Of a DNA stretch of 64,000 nt, positions 47,976-58,459 are shown piece after piece (position 1 is the first letter of the stretch; each line of letters begins with the position of its first letter). The notes under the pieces were generated by a model, which worked only from the letters and a program-made list of their open reading frames with translations, had not been told where the DNA came from and searched no databases. Source of the stretch: Ignisphaera sp. (GTDB lineage Archaea; Thermoproteota; Thermoprotei_A; Sulfolobales; Ignisphaeraceae); NCBI GenBank assembly GCA_038889075.1, contig JAWAHS010000005.1:1-64000 (forward strand), written 5' to 3'. The translations under genes and the position numbers were made by a program.

Positions 47976-48881
47976 ATGGTTATGGAGTACAGGTATATAA
48001 TAGTGTTGGGTATAGCTCTGTTATCTGTATCAGCTATCATCCTCTATGCCACATACCCTACACGCCCCATAATTAGGGTAAGAATAGCAACCACAACTTC
48101 TCTCTATGCAACTGGTCTCCTAGAGTATATATCTAGTAGATTCACAGAGGTACATCGAAATATAGAGCTACAGTTCATAGCTGTTGGTTCTGGAGCAGCT
48201 CTTAGATATGCTGAGCGTGGAGATGTCTGTGCTATCCTAATTCATGAACCCGGTCTGGAAAAGCTGTATATTGAGAGAGGAGCTATTGAAGGTCAGAGGA
48301 TACTTGCATATAGCTTCTTCGTTATAGTTGGTCCAGAAAATGATCCGGCTAACGTATCGAGCGCTCTAGATGTTGTGGATGCATTTAGGAGAGTGTATAG
48401 AGTTGCTGAGGAAGGATTGATAAGGTTTATTAGCAGAGCTGATAACTCTGGTACTCACAATAGAGAAATGAAGATATGGAATCTCATCGGAGTCTCTCCC
48501 CGAGATAAGCCATGGTATATAGAATGCGGATGTGGTATGGATCAAGCACTTATTATGGCTAGCGAATTCAAGGGCTATACTCTATCCGATGTAGGAACCT
48601 ATACGGTACTAAAAGCAAAGGGTAGGATACAGAATGTGAAAATACTCTATGGTAACGCAAGCGATGATTTAATGCTAAATATATACAGTGGTTATCTAGC
48701 CAGTGGTTGTAGAGGCACTGAGAGAATGTATGCTGAACTGTTTCTAGATTTCATATACAGCGATCCAGATATAGTGAATAGCTTTGGTGTAGAGGAGTAT
48801 GGAGTAAGGCTGTTCTACCATTCAAGACATTACGAAGGTAGTATTTTGGATGCATGGAATAGACTAGCATTGAGTGGATAA
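47976..48881 (+). CDS. tupA: tungstate ABC transporter substrate-binding protein
   Basis: ATTTSLYATGLL signature, AVGSGAAL, FISRADNSGTH.RE, GMDQAL. Confidence 0.9.
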   Translation: MVMEYRYIIVLGIALLSVSAIILYATYPTRPIIRVRIATTTSLYATGLLEYISSRFTEVHRNIELQFIAVGSGAALRYAERGDVCAILIHEPGLEKLYIERGAIEGQRILAYSFFVIVGPENDPANVSSALDVVDAFRRVYRVAEEGLIRFISRADNSGTHNREMKIWNLIGVSPRDKPWYIECGCGMDQALIMASEFKGYTLSDVGTYTVLKAKGRIQNVKILYGNASDDLMLNIYSGYLASGCRGTERMYAELFLDFIYSDPDIVNSFGVEEYGVRLFYHSRHYEGSILDAWNRLALSG

Positions 48882-48884
48882 CAG

Positions 48885-49523
48885 ATGTCTGAGGTATTTG
48901 ATACAATAGTAAGATCTATTATTGTATCCGGTATAGCAACCGCTTTAGCTTCTCTATGGAGCATCCCGCTAACCTATCTACTGGTACTTAGAAATAGAAG
49001 AGCCATGGTTATGGAAGTCATTATTGAAACATTGGTCGGCATACCAACCGTTCTCCTAGGCCTTCTACTCTACATGCTTCTCAGCTCATCTGGACCCCTG
49101 GGATTTTTAAACCTCCTCTACACCCCACAGGCTATGATCATCGGTGAATCTATTCTCATAACACCACTAATTATATCCGTAAGCTATAGATCAATTAGAG
49201 ATATGGCAAAACTATACCACGAATTAGCGCTATCTATAGGTGCAGATAGGTTTCAGAGGATAAGGCTTATCATTGGCCAGTCACTACCAGGAGTTGTAGC
49301 AGCATGTATTACAGGCTTCTCAAGAGCTATAGGCGAGCTTGGAATAGCTATGATGATTGGAGGAAACATCAGAGGCTATACAAGGGTCATGACAACAGCT
49401 ATAGCATTGGAGGTCGCAAAGGGGAACTTTGAAGAGGCCATAACTCTAGGTATAGCCCTGCTAGCTATAACAATATCTATCTCTATAGCTATAAAGCTTC
49501 TATCTAGGGTTCGCATAACATGA
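48885..49523 (+). CDS. tupB: tungstate ABC transporter permease
   Basis: GIPTVLLGL, SGPLG, FSRAIGELG..MMIGGNIRGYTRVMTTAIALE. Confidence 0.9.
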   Translation: MSEVFDTIVRSIIVSGIATALASLWSIPLTYLLVLRNRRAMVMEVIIETLVGIPTVLLGLLLYMLLSSSGPLGFLNLLYTPQAMIIGESILITPLIISVSYRSIRDMAKLYHELALSIGADRFQRIRLIIGQSLPGVVAACITGFSRAIGELGIAMMIGGNIRGYTRVMTTAIALEVAKGNFEEAITLGIALLAITISISIAIKLLSRVRIT

Positions 49524-50191
49524 ATATAGAGCTTGTGAATGTCTGGTACAGATACAGTAGAGTAGAAGATTGGGCATTGAGAGGAATATCGATATCATTT
49601 AGAAGTGGCGAGGTGATCTATATCGATGGTCCCAATGGAAGTGGTAAAACAACACTTCTTAAAATAGCCTCACTAATATATAGACCACTACAAGGTTCCG
49701 TTCTCGTTGATGGAAATAATTTTTGGAATCTAGATGAGAATAGTAAAACCCTAATCAGAAGGAAAGTGATATACGTTCATGATAAGCCAATACTATTGAG
49801 GGGTACTGTACTCGATAACGTTGCCTACGGATTACATATCAGAGGAGTTGACAGAGGAAGCGCCTTTGATACGTCAATGAGTATTCTATCAGTACTTGGC
49901 ATAGATAGCCTAGCCCATACACCAATACAAAGACTCTCCACAGGCCAAGCCCAGCTGGTTGCAATAGCTCGAGCACTGGCTATCAAACCAGAGATTCTCT
50001 TTCTCGATGAACCATTCTCAAATCTTGATAGAGAGAAACGACTAGCACTTATTAGTACACTAAATCAATTCCGCGCTAGAGGTATGGGTATAGTATTCTC
50101 CTCACACAATGCAGACGTAATGGAGCTGGGTAAGCATAGAAGAGTTGTACTAGGGGGTGGTACAATAATCGATGCATATGAAGTTGTGTAG
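49520..50191 (+). CDS. tupC: ABC transporter ATP-binding subunit
   Basis: GPNGSGKTT, LSTGQ, LFLDEP; 4-nt overlap with permease. Confidence 0.85.
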   Translation: MNIELVNVWYRYSRVEDWALRGISISFRSGEVIYIDGPNGSGKTTLLKIASLIYRPLQGSVLVDGNNFWNLDENSKTLIRRKVIYVHDKPILLRGTVLDNVAYGLHIRGVDRGSAFDTSMSILSVLGIDSLAHTPIQRLSTGQAQLVAIARALAIKPEILFLDEPFSNLDREKRLALISTLNQFRARGMGIVFSSHNADVMELGKHRRVVLGGGTIIDAYEVV

Positions 50192-50313
50192 ACGCCTGTA
50201 TAAAAGGTAGACCTCTACCCCTTTACCGCTTTTCACAGAATTATGTATATATCGAAATAGATATTAAGATTTAAAAAGTTGGTTGGACTAGATATTATCT
50301 AAAATACTATGAC

Positions 50314-51522
50314 TTACACTCTTGCTGGAGGTTTTAGTACCAGTACTAGTATTACTGCAGCTATCAGATATGCAGGTGCGATCATTAACCACACATAGCT
50401 CCATCCAGCACTCTCCAGTATTATACCAGCAAGTGGTGGTGTGAGTATCCATGGGACGTGTCCTACTGCTGTTACAAATCCTGCTGCAGTTCCTGCAACC
50501 TCTCTTGGGAAGTACTCTGCAACTAGTGTTGAAATGAGTGCTACGAATTGCCCAAAGAATGATATTGCAGCGAGCAGTGCGGCAACACCTATGGTGGGTA
50601 GTCCCTTAGAGTAGAACGCTAGTATTATCCATAGCACAGTTCCTATAAGGAAGTTCAGCGCTACATAGTTCTTTCTAAACATGATCTTTCTTGCCGATAA
50701 GAGATCTGCTAGAGGTACGGCAGTATAGAGAGCCACTACTCCAGCTATCTGATATACACTCCATAACCAGCCTGCTGTTACCGGATCATAACCGAGACCC
50801 TGTCTAAGATACATAACCATATAGCTTACAATTAGTGATGCGCCTATTACAAATAGAGCAAACACTACAAATAGTATCCATAGTACTCTATATTTAAATA
50901 GTTCTACCATGCGCACCTTCTTAACTGCAGCACCTGGTGCTGCTCCCTCCTTTTTATCTCTTGTTAATGCAAAGGCCACTAAGCCTAGAACGATACATGC
51001 AATGCCGAAATATATCCATGGAGCTCTCCAACCGATCGATACAACCATAGCACCTATTACAGGTCCTAGAATTAGAGCAGCTACTCTAAATCCTGTATTC
51101 ATATATGTTGTTGCAGTAGCATACAGTTTTGGTGGAAACCATTCTCGAGCAACTCTAGGTATAGCAACATTAATCCATGAGAACAGACCTGCTATGCCAA
51201 AGAATGCGATAGCAGCATATATAGATGGTGAATAGCCTACTAGCACTGTAAATATACCTACAATAATTGCTGCAAGCGATACTGTGAGTCTAACACCAAT
51301 TTTATCACATAGTAAACCTAGGAGGAATCCGCCAATGATAAGTCCAATGGTATTTGCTGATGACATTAGTGCTGCAACAGCTACAGGGACACCGAATTCC
51401 TTAACTATTTCAGGGGCTGTAAATGGGTATATATAGTGTAGCCATCTCACTGTAAATGCTGCCATAACACCTGTTGCTACCATCCATGGATACCATCTTG
51501 GGTATTCACTAGGCTTACTCAT
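50314..51522 (-). CDS. MFS transporter
   Basis: About 12 TM helices, GLLCDKIGVR motif A, EWFPP, EYFPREVAGTAAG. Confidence 0.9.
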   Translation of the reverse strand: MSKPSEYPRWYPWMVATGVMAAFTVRWLHYIYPFTAPEIVKEFGVPVAVAALMSSANTIGLIIGGFLLGLLCDKIGVRLTVSLAAIIVGIFTVLVGYSPSIYAAIAFFGIAGLFSWINVAIPRVAREWFPPKLYATATTYMNTGFRVAALILGPVIGAMVVSIGWRAPWIYFGIACIVLGLVAFALTRDKKEGAAPGAAVKKVRMVELFKYRVLWILFVVFALFVIGASLIVSYMVMYLRQGLGYDPVTAGWLWSVYQIAGVVALYTAVPLADLLSARKIMFRKNYVALNFLIGTVLWIILAFYSKGLPTIGVAALLAAISFFGQFVALISTLVAEYFPREVAGTAAGFVTAVGHVPWILTPPLAGIILESAGWSYVWLMIAPAYLIAAVILVLVLKPPARV

Positions 51523-51571
51523 ATATGAAATCCCCTACTTTTTCCCATCCATAGGTACCTCTTTTAAGCTT

Positions 51572-52855
51572 TCAATAGCTACCGTATTTTAATACTGAAT
51601 TGATATACGCTCTCATATTCTCTACCGGAATCCCCGGAGGCTGTTCAGAGACTCCTGGAGATATTATGAATCCTCCTTCAGGTTTTATCTGGCTAAGGAG
51701 ATCCTTGATATATTCTTCGATTTTCTCAGGAGTTCCGTGTAGTAGTAGATTCGTTGGCATGCCTCCCATAACGGCTGTATGTCCCTTTAGCTTCTCCCAA
51801 ACCTTTACAAAGTCCCTTGGTTTCTCAAAGTATGCTATACCCCAGCCCTTTGGAAGCTCTAGTATTGTATCCACATGTGGTGAATGGTCACCCTCAAAGA
51901 ATACGTATCCCTTATAGCCTTTTCCAACTAGTGTCTCGATAACCTTCTTTAGATATGGCCAGTAGAATTCGCTATAGAGCTTCGGTGGCAGCATCTCATT
52001 CAAATGCAGAGGTATGAAGAAGAACGTCAGTGGTGGTGCTGGTGGTACAGCCGAGGCAACCTTAATTGTTGGTTCTACCAAAACTTCACATGCAGCCTTA
52101 AAGTCGTCTGGATACCTCCTCATATCGAGCATAGCTCCTGTTAGGTGTCGAAGGAAGTCCCCAATAATATCAGCAGGAGCGTAGGCATTTAATGTTGGTA
52201 TAGCTGGAATACCTATTTTACTAAGTGCTGAGGATACACCTCTAGCAAACATCATGATCCTTTGGAGTACCAGACCTATTCTAACCATTGAACCATTCCA
52301 TTGTGGAGATCCAGGTGCTCCAAGACCTGGACAGGCTCTTGGAAGTATAACATCAAATACAAATTTAATTGGATCATCAATAAGCATTCTATATTCGTTA
52401 GGATTCATAAATTCTCCTCCAAGAAACTGCGGATGCTGGTCAGCTCTAAGTTCCCTACCAGGCCATTTACTCCATTTATCCTTCAAAACATCGTGTAGAG
52501 GTCCCCAGAGGAATCTGATAGTATTTGAAAATTCTGGAAATTCCGAAAATGCTAATGCCAACAGAAAGCCTTCAAGACCATATGGAGCTCTTGTTACACC
52601 AAAATCCGTTGGAAACTTGCTGTAGAAGTCTACAATAGCATTTATAGTTTTATCTGTTAACTCATATGAAACATCATACCATGTAAGGTTTGAATATGCA
52701 AGAACAACGTCACCTCTAAAGCCTGCTATAGGCACTCTTGAAGGAGTTTTTAGTTCAACTGTCTTTACCATCATATCAAGTCTTTCTTTTGCCACCACTT
52801 CCGGTTCTTTTTTCTGCCTCTCTATCAGTTCATCTATTTGTTCTTTTTGTTTCAT
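51572..52855 (-). CDS. uroporphyrinogen decarboxylase/MtaA-CmuA family methyltransferase-like protein
   Basis: PSRVPI, EFMNPNEY..LI.DP, P.DIIGDFLR, FIPLH, YSEFYWPYLKK, FFEGD, GGMP..LL..GTPE, GGFIIS. Confidence 0.82.
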   Translation of the reverse strand: MKQKEQIDELIERQKKEPEVVAKERLDMMVKTVELKTPSRVPIAGFRGDVVLAYSNLTWYDVSYELTDKTINAIVDFYSKFPTDFGVTRAPYGLEGFLLALAFSEFPEFSNTIRFLWGPLHDVLKDKWSKWPGRELRADQHPQFLGGEFMNPNEYRMLIDDPIKFVFDVILPRACPGLGAPGSPQWNGSMVRIGLVLQRIMMFARGVSSALSKIGIPAIPTLNAYAPADIIGDFLRHLTGAMLDMRRYPDDFKAACEVLVEPTIKVASAVPPAPPLTFFFIPLHLNEMLPPKLYSEFYWPYLKKVIETLVGKGYKGYVFFEGDHSPHVDTILELPKGWGIAYFEKPRDFVKVWEKLKGHTAVMGGMPTNLLLHGTPEKIEEYIKDLLSQIKPEGGFIISPGVSEQPPGIPVENMRAYINSVLKYGSY

Positions 52856-52864
52856 GGTTTTATT

Positions 52865-53506
52865 TCACCTTTTTTTCTCCTCTATCCATTTTAGCATTGT
52901 TTTTACTCCATGTGCTGCATCGTTTGTCCATGCATCTGCTTCTATGTATTGGCATGCGTATTGATCTACTCTACCACCACCTATGATAATCTTAACTTTT
53001 TCTCTTAGCCCTGCTTCTTTTATTGCATCTACTGTTTTCTTCATCGATTCTATTGCTAGTGTTAGTAGTCCTGACATTCCAACTATATCGGGGCTGTACT
53101 GCTTTATAGCCTCTACAAACTTCTGTGGAGGTACATCAACACCGAGATCTATAACCTCAAAACCAGCAGCCTCAGCCATAGTAACAACAATATTCTTACC
53201 AATATCATGAATATCGCCCTCAACAGTACCAATAAGCAGCCTACCAACAACCTCCCTAGCCCTACCCAAAGCCTTTAGCCTCTCCCTCACTAGCTCTGAA
53301 ACTGTTTTAAGTATCTCTCCAGCCATAACGAGATCTGCTATAAAATACTCACCAGCTTCAAACTTAGAACCAATAACCTCAGCAGCCCGCCTAAGATCAT
53401 CGAGTATAGTAGTCGGATCTTCACCAGCCTCTAATAGCTCTTTAGTTAACTCTAGGGCTTTAGCCTCATCAAGACTAGCTATAGCTTCAATTAATTTTTC
53501 GTGCAT
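52865..53506 (-). CDS. cobalamin (corrinoid)-binding methyl-carrier protein
   Basis: Cap domain (G.KFEAGEYF..DLV.AGE), GTVEGDIHDIGKN, DLGVDVP, GMSGLLT, IIIGGG. Start moved to ATG 53506. Confidence 0.92.
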   Translation of the reverse strand: MHEKLIEAIASLDEAKALELTKELLEAGEDPTTILDDLRRAAEVIGSKFEAGEYFIADLVMAGEILKTVSELVRERLKALGRAREVVGRLLIGTVEGDIHDIGKNIVVTMAEAAGFEVIDLGVDVPPQKFVEAIKQYSPDIVGMSGLLTLAIESMKKTVDAIKEAGLREKVKIIIGGGRVDQYACQYIEADAWTNDAAHGVKTMLKWIEEKKR

Positions 53507-53945
53507 GGTAGATTCGCCATAAAAACAATTAAGGGTGGCACTATTTAAGCATTTTTGATACATGCAGCTTGGATAGTGATGTATTGTCATAGCCCGTGGC
53601 AACAATTCTTCATAAGCCTTGAAAGGCATTAAGTCTGATTCTTTGACTATAATTTATAATTGAATGATTATGGATACCGTGATTATCGATTTTAAATACC
53701 TCGATATTACTGTATAGTAATAGTAAAAGTAGCCAACCAAATACTAACTGACAACACTTTCCTATTACCATTAACTATCAACTCTATAGAGCTACCTACA
53801 TCTAAGATGTATACTGGTTCAGAATATATTATACATGAAAGTTTTCCATTACTAAATTCTGTTGCGATTTTAACCTTATGTCTACGGTTCCATAGCATTT
53901 ATGGATGGTTCTTAGCTAGACATCCTGTGTGTACACTATGCCCCT

Positions 53946-54137
53946 CTATATTTCCTGTCTTATTTTTCTAATGGTGAGAACAATACTTGTTACTGTAATA
54001 AGAAACACTACGAATGTAAGTGTGAATTCTACGCCAAATTCTCCTCTCGGTACATAGTATGCAAAGATTATTATCTCCAGTAAGAGAGCCCAGATTAACA
54101 TAGTTAGGAAATACCTATGTGATGAAACTGTACTCAT
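53946..54137 (-). CDS. small two-TM membrane protein
   Basis: MSTVSSHRYFLTMLIWALLLE... two hydrophobic helices; GGGGT upstream of ATG 54137. Confidence 0.6.
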   Translation of the reverse strand: MSTVSSHRYFLTMLIWALLLEIIIFAYYVPRGEFGVEFTLTFVVFLITVTSIVLTIRKIRQEI

Positions 54138-54322
54138 TATATATACCCCTTTTATCTTACTGTACCTATTTTCCTTAAAACATAGAGTAGTTTTTAGTGT
54201 TCTTGAAGGATAGCTGGTACCGGGTTTTGGCAATGTTGCTGTGTTTGAATAGCTCTCCACATTCTGTAATCAGTAGGAAACTATTTTTATTAGTGAGTAA
54301 TTCTGATTTTTGGAGTGATATT

Positions 54323-54838
54323 ATGGTACAGATGGAGGAACTTGTAGAAAGAGCTAAAACTTTAGCGGAGGAACTGCATAGGACCTATGGAGGTTGCGCC
54401 CAGATGACTCTAAAAGCTCTTCAGGAGGTTCTAGGTATCGCAGATCTCGGGTCTTTTAAAGCTGCTTCAGCACTCTCTGGTGGAGTAACCCTAGCCGGTG
54501 AAGTCTGTGGAGCACTTCTAGGCGCTGTTATGGCTATTGGACTAGTACTAGGACGTGAAAAACTAGAGCCCACTTCTCAATCTACTAATTATGCTAGAGC
54601 CATGGATGCTGGTATTAAGGTTTTCAATAGATTTAAAGGGGAGTTTGGAGGAGTTAGATGCCGAGATATACATGTAAAACTCTTTGGCAGATACTACAAC
54701 CTTAGAGATCCTACTGAATGGAAAGAATTTATTGAAAGTGGTGCCAGGAATAAGTGTAGTAAGGTATGTGGTATAGCTGCTAAGCTAGCAGTTGAAACCC
54801 TTGAATCCATAGACTACTTCGGAAAAGAAAGGAGCTAA
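54323..54838 (+). CDS. C-GCAxxG-C-C family putative redox protein
   Basis: GGCAQ, SGGV...GEVCGALLG, RCRDI, KC; start moved to ATG 54323 after GGAGTGA. Confidence 0.88.
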   Translation: MVQMEELVERAKTLAEELHRTYGGCAQMTLKALQEVLGIADLGSFKAASALSGGVTLAGEVCGALLGAVMAIGLVLGREKLEPTSQSTNYARAMDAGIKVFNRFKGEFGGVRCRDIHVKLFGRYYNLRDPTEWKEFIESGARNKCSKVCGIAAKLAVETLESIDYFGKERS

Positions 54839-55208
54839 GGAGAATTTTAGATGCATCCACCATTGTTTGCCCATTCCTAAGAACAGTAGCAATTAGATTT
54901 AATCCAATTAAAATTAATTTTAAGAAATGATCTACACTATTATTATAGTAATAGAGGTTTCATACCTACTCCAGAGTGAATTTTTAGCAATATTAATCAC
55001 TGAGGCGCTTCTTTTAATAGGTTGGAGTTCATGAGTAGAAACGAGAATGGGCTCTCTGATAATTTAGATCCTCCATTTGCTTAGCACTACGCTTTAATAC
55101 AGTTAGGTTGTTATATAGTGAGTATTTCTTATATTTATGCCCTACTAACTGTATTCTAAACATACCTTAGGTTAATTGCATGTACCCAGCTTTTGCAGGT
55201 GACCTATA

Positions 55209-56210
55209 TTGGTGTCATTAACCGATCCTCTGCCTGTTAAATCCTTTGTATTAAGAAATAGAGTTGTTATGCCTCCCATGGCATCAGGGCTTGCAAGTGA
55301 AGATGGGGGTGTTACTGAGGCTCTTATAAAGCACTACAGTGATAGAGCACTGTGCAACTCTATGGTCATTGTTGAGCACTCGTATATTTCATCTGATGGC
55401 AGAGCCAGCTCTAGACAGCTGGGTATTTGGAGCGATCATCTGATTTTCGGATTAGGTATTTTAGCTAGAACTATTCGAAATGGTGGTGCTATAGCTGTAA
55501 TTCAGCTAAACCATGCTGGCGGTAGAGCTGATCCTAAGGTATGTAGCTGTATACCCATGGCACCGTCTCCAATTCTAGTACCTCGAGGATATATACAGGC
55601 ACGTGAAATGAATATGGATGATATCGAGAGAATTTTGAATAACTTTATAAAGGCTGCTGAAAGGGCTGTGAGAGCAGGTTTTGATGGTGTTGAAATCCAT
55701 GGAGCTCACGGCTTCCTATTGAACCAATTTCTATCACCAATAACCAATAGAAGATTAGATGAATTTGGCGGTAGCCTAGAAAATAGAATGAGGTTTCCAC
55801 TAATGGTTGTTGAGGGAGTTAGGAGGGTTACTAAAAACAAGCTCTTACTTTACAGATTAGGTGCCGATGATCTAATTGAGGGTGGATTCACAATTGAAGA
55901 GGCGATTAAGGTGGCTACTAAACTTGTTGACTATGGTATAGATATAATAGATGTCTCTGGAGGCCTCTGTGGTTCAAGTCCGCAACATCTTCAAGGTACC
56001 CAAGGCTACTTCATACCACTAGCTGAGAAGATTAGGAGGCATGTTGATGTACCTGTAATAGGTGTTGGTGGTATCAACAATCCATGCATAGCCAACAGAT
56101 TTATTAGCGATGGTAGAGTTGATTTAGTAGCTGTCGGTAGAGCACAATTGGCTGATCATCTCTGGACGTGTAAAGCTGTTCGAGAGATAAATAGATGTTA
56201 TGAGAGGTAA
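55209..56210 (+). CDS. old yellow enzyme NADH:flavin oxidoreductase
   Basis: LRNRVVMPPM, QLNHAG, AGFDGVEIHGAHGFLLNQFLSP.TN.R.DEFGGSLENR, VGR. Confidence 0.93.
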   Translation: MVSLTDPLPVKSFVLRNRVVMPPMASGLASEDGGVTEALIKHYSDRALCNSMVIVEHSYISSDGRASSRQLGIWSDHLIFGLGILARTIRNGGAIAVIQLNHAGGRADPKVCSCIPMAPSPILVPRGYIQAREMNMDDIERILNNFIKAAERAVRAGFDGVEIHGAHGFLLNQFLSPITNRRLDEFGGSLENRMRFPLMVVEGVRRVTKNKLLLYRLGADDLIEGGFTIEEAIKVATKLVDYGIDIIDVSGGLCGSSPQHLQGTQGYFIPLAEKIRRHVDVPVIGVGGINNPCIANRFISDGRVDLVAVGRAQLADHLWTCKAVREINRCYER

Positions 56211-56222
56211 GATATCGAAACC

Positions 56223-56234
56223 AAAAAAAAAAAA
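56223..56234 (-). terminator. oligo-T tract (A12 on +) between convergent genes
   Basis: 12 consecutive A on +, i.e. a T-tract downstream of the minus-strand VIT1 gene; archaeal intrinsic terminators are oligo-T. Confidence 0.45.
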
Positions 56235-56455
56235 TAGAGGTATACCCTTAATCATCTTATACATAATTTATTAAAGTAGCTATTACAATACTGACAATTG
56301 CAGGTATGTGAAATAACTTAGTAAATCTATAACCATGAATCGCTAGAGCGCTGTGTATACTGTAAAATTGAACATTGACATAGCGTTGCACACTAAAATA
56401 TGATCCTTGCACATTCCCTATAGCTAGTTTGTATGGAATAGCTCCTGTCACCGTT

Positions 56456-57337
56456 CTAGTCTACTGTTTTTATACCTATTGCTCTTCCTAAAACTGAGCC
56501 TAGTATATAGAGTAGAAGAGATACCCCTAAGATTAGTACTACAGATTCCGCGAATTCTCTTAGGAATTTTTTATTGTGGAGTACTGCTGTATAGAATGTC
56601 ATGTATGCCACTATTGCCATGGCTAGTAGCATCATCGCTATAAATGCTGTGGCTATAGAGTTTAGTATAAAGTATGGTAGCGCTAATAGTAGAACAACTA
56701 CTATATAGGCTACAGATGTATATAGTGCTGAAATTCTCGGATTCTTAAGAGCTTCATGCTTAGCCTGGGAATACGATGCTATACCCATCGATATAGAGGC
56801 TGCTATACCTGCTAAAAGCCCTGTTAGACCTGCATTTACTGTGTTTTCAAAAGCTCCCAGAGACCCTGTGTATATTCCTGTAAGTTCTATGAGGGCATCG
56901 GATATACCAAGTGTTATAGAGCCTAGATACCTAACCCTTCCTTCATCAAGACTTGAAATGAACTCGTATTCATGTCTCCTCTCATCCTCTATAATCCTAT
57001 TTACATCATCTTTAAGTTCTGGTCTGGCTCTAACTATATCTCCATAGATCCTCGATGCATCAACCTCCATAGACTCTACAACTTTAAGCGTAATGGTTAC
57101 ACCAAATAGGAGCAGGAGAACCCGATAGAGAAGTACCTTAATCACAGATAGCTTAGACCTACAGCTACCCACAATTCTACTCCAAAATCTATAGTGTCTA
57201 AGTTCGTCATCAGCCGCTCTCTCAAACATCTCTCTAAGACGTTGGTTAAGCATAGGTGTTCTAGCAAGTGCCTTGTAGAGATGGTGAGCCTCATATTCAT
57301 CTCTACAAACTCTATATAGAGCTTCTCTAACTTCCAT
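56456..57337 (-). CDS. rubrerythrin/ferritin-like domain fused to VIT1/CCC1 transporter
   Basis: DE...LY..LA...DELRH..FW, DERRHE, then LGISDALIELTG...AASISMG..SY. Confidence 0.88.
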   Translation of the reverse strand: MEVREALYRVCRDEYEAHHLYKALARTPMLNQRLREMFERAADDELRHYRFWSRIVGSCRSKLSVIKVLLYRVLLLLFGVTITLKVVESMEVDASRIYGDIVRARPELKDDVNRIIEDERRHEYEFISSLDEGRVRYLGSITLGISDALIELTGIYTGSLGAFENTVNAGLTGLLAGIAASISMGIASYSQAKHEALKNPRISALYTSVAYIVVVLLLALPYFILNSIATAFIAMMLLAMAIVAYMTFYTAVLHNKKFLREFAESVVLILGVSLLLYILGSVLGRAIGIKTVD

Positions 57338-57512
57338 ATCACGTTACCGAATCTCTTTACTACATCATAGAGTTAAAAATTTTCCTACTATAAATGGATG
57401 TCCATCTATGATACTGTAAACAATATGACTATAGACTCTATCTTCAAAATGTTAAGATTTATTACGTATTTACCATATCTACACTATAGGCTCTGAGTAA
57501 TAGTGGTGTAGA

Positions 57513-58346
57513 TTGCGGTTTAGAGTAGTAGAGATAGAGGTTAGACAAGCATTAACAAAATCTGGCCTACCCGATTTAGACTACGCATTGAATCCCTATC
57601 TAGGTTGTGGTCATGGTTGTCTCTACTGCTATGCCAAGATATATACAAGACTAAGTGAAGTTGTTGCGAACTGGGGTAAAATTATAGCTGTAAAGAAAAA
57701 TCTACTTGATATACTTACAAACGAGGTTGAGAGGTTGAAGAGGGGTACCGTTGGTATAGGGACCATAACGGATCCCTACCAACCTATTGAAGCTATATAC
57801 AGGCTTACAAGGAGCTCAATAGATATTCTAGCCAGAAACGGATTTAAGGTGAGTATTCAGACAAAGAACTCCCTAGTAGTAAGGGATATAGATATTCTAA
57901 AGAAGTATAGAGATGCTGTAGACGTTGGTCTAACAATAACATCAGCAGATGATTCGATGATGCATACCTTTGAACCGTATTCATCGCCTCCATCTGCACG
58001 TATCAAAGCATTGAAAAAGCTTTCTGAATCAGGTATAAGAACATGGATTTTCTACGGTCCAGTAATACCCGGTTACAATGACGATATAGAAGAGGTGGCA
58101 AAAATCATTAAATTGGCTAGAGAAACAAAGAGTCTGTTGTATATAGATAAACTTAGAGTCAAGAGGTTTATGTGGCTTGATCCATTTCTAAAATCGATAG
58201 CCAGTAGAAGCATTAAATATGATTGGTACAGATTCTATAGCAGTGTATATAGCCTGTGTAGAGATATGGAAGTTGTATGCAGATCCGGATTCGAACCAGA
58301 TAAGGAACAGCATAATAAAAGGCTTGACAATTACCTAGTGAAATAG
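57513..58346 (+). CDS. radical SAM protein (SplB/Rv2578c-like)
   Basis: LNPYLGCGHGCLYCYA, TDPYQPIE, QTK..LV.RDID, EP..S....R. Confidence 0.9.
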   Translation: MRFRVVEIEVRQALTKSGLPDLDYALNPYLGCGHGCLYCYAKIYTRLSEVVANWGKIIAVKKNLLDILTNEVERLKRGTVGIGTITDPYQPIEAIYRLTRSSIDILARNGFKVSIQTKNSLVVRDIDILKKYRDAVDVGLTITSADDSMMHTFEPYSSPPSARIKALKKLSESGIRTWIFYGPVIPGYNDDIEEVAKIIKLARETKSLLYIDKLRVKRFMWLDPFLKSIASRSIKYDWYRFYSSVYSLCRDMEVVCRSGFEPDKEQHNKRLDNYLVK

Positions 58347-58459
58347 CATACCGTAATTACCATTCCGATACATTTACCGTTACACATCACACGGTAATAC
58401 ACTTTACATGGCAACCCAAATAAGTTTCTGAATGCATAATTCTACAAAAACAAAGCCTG

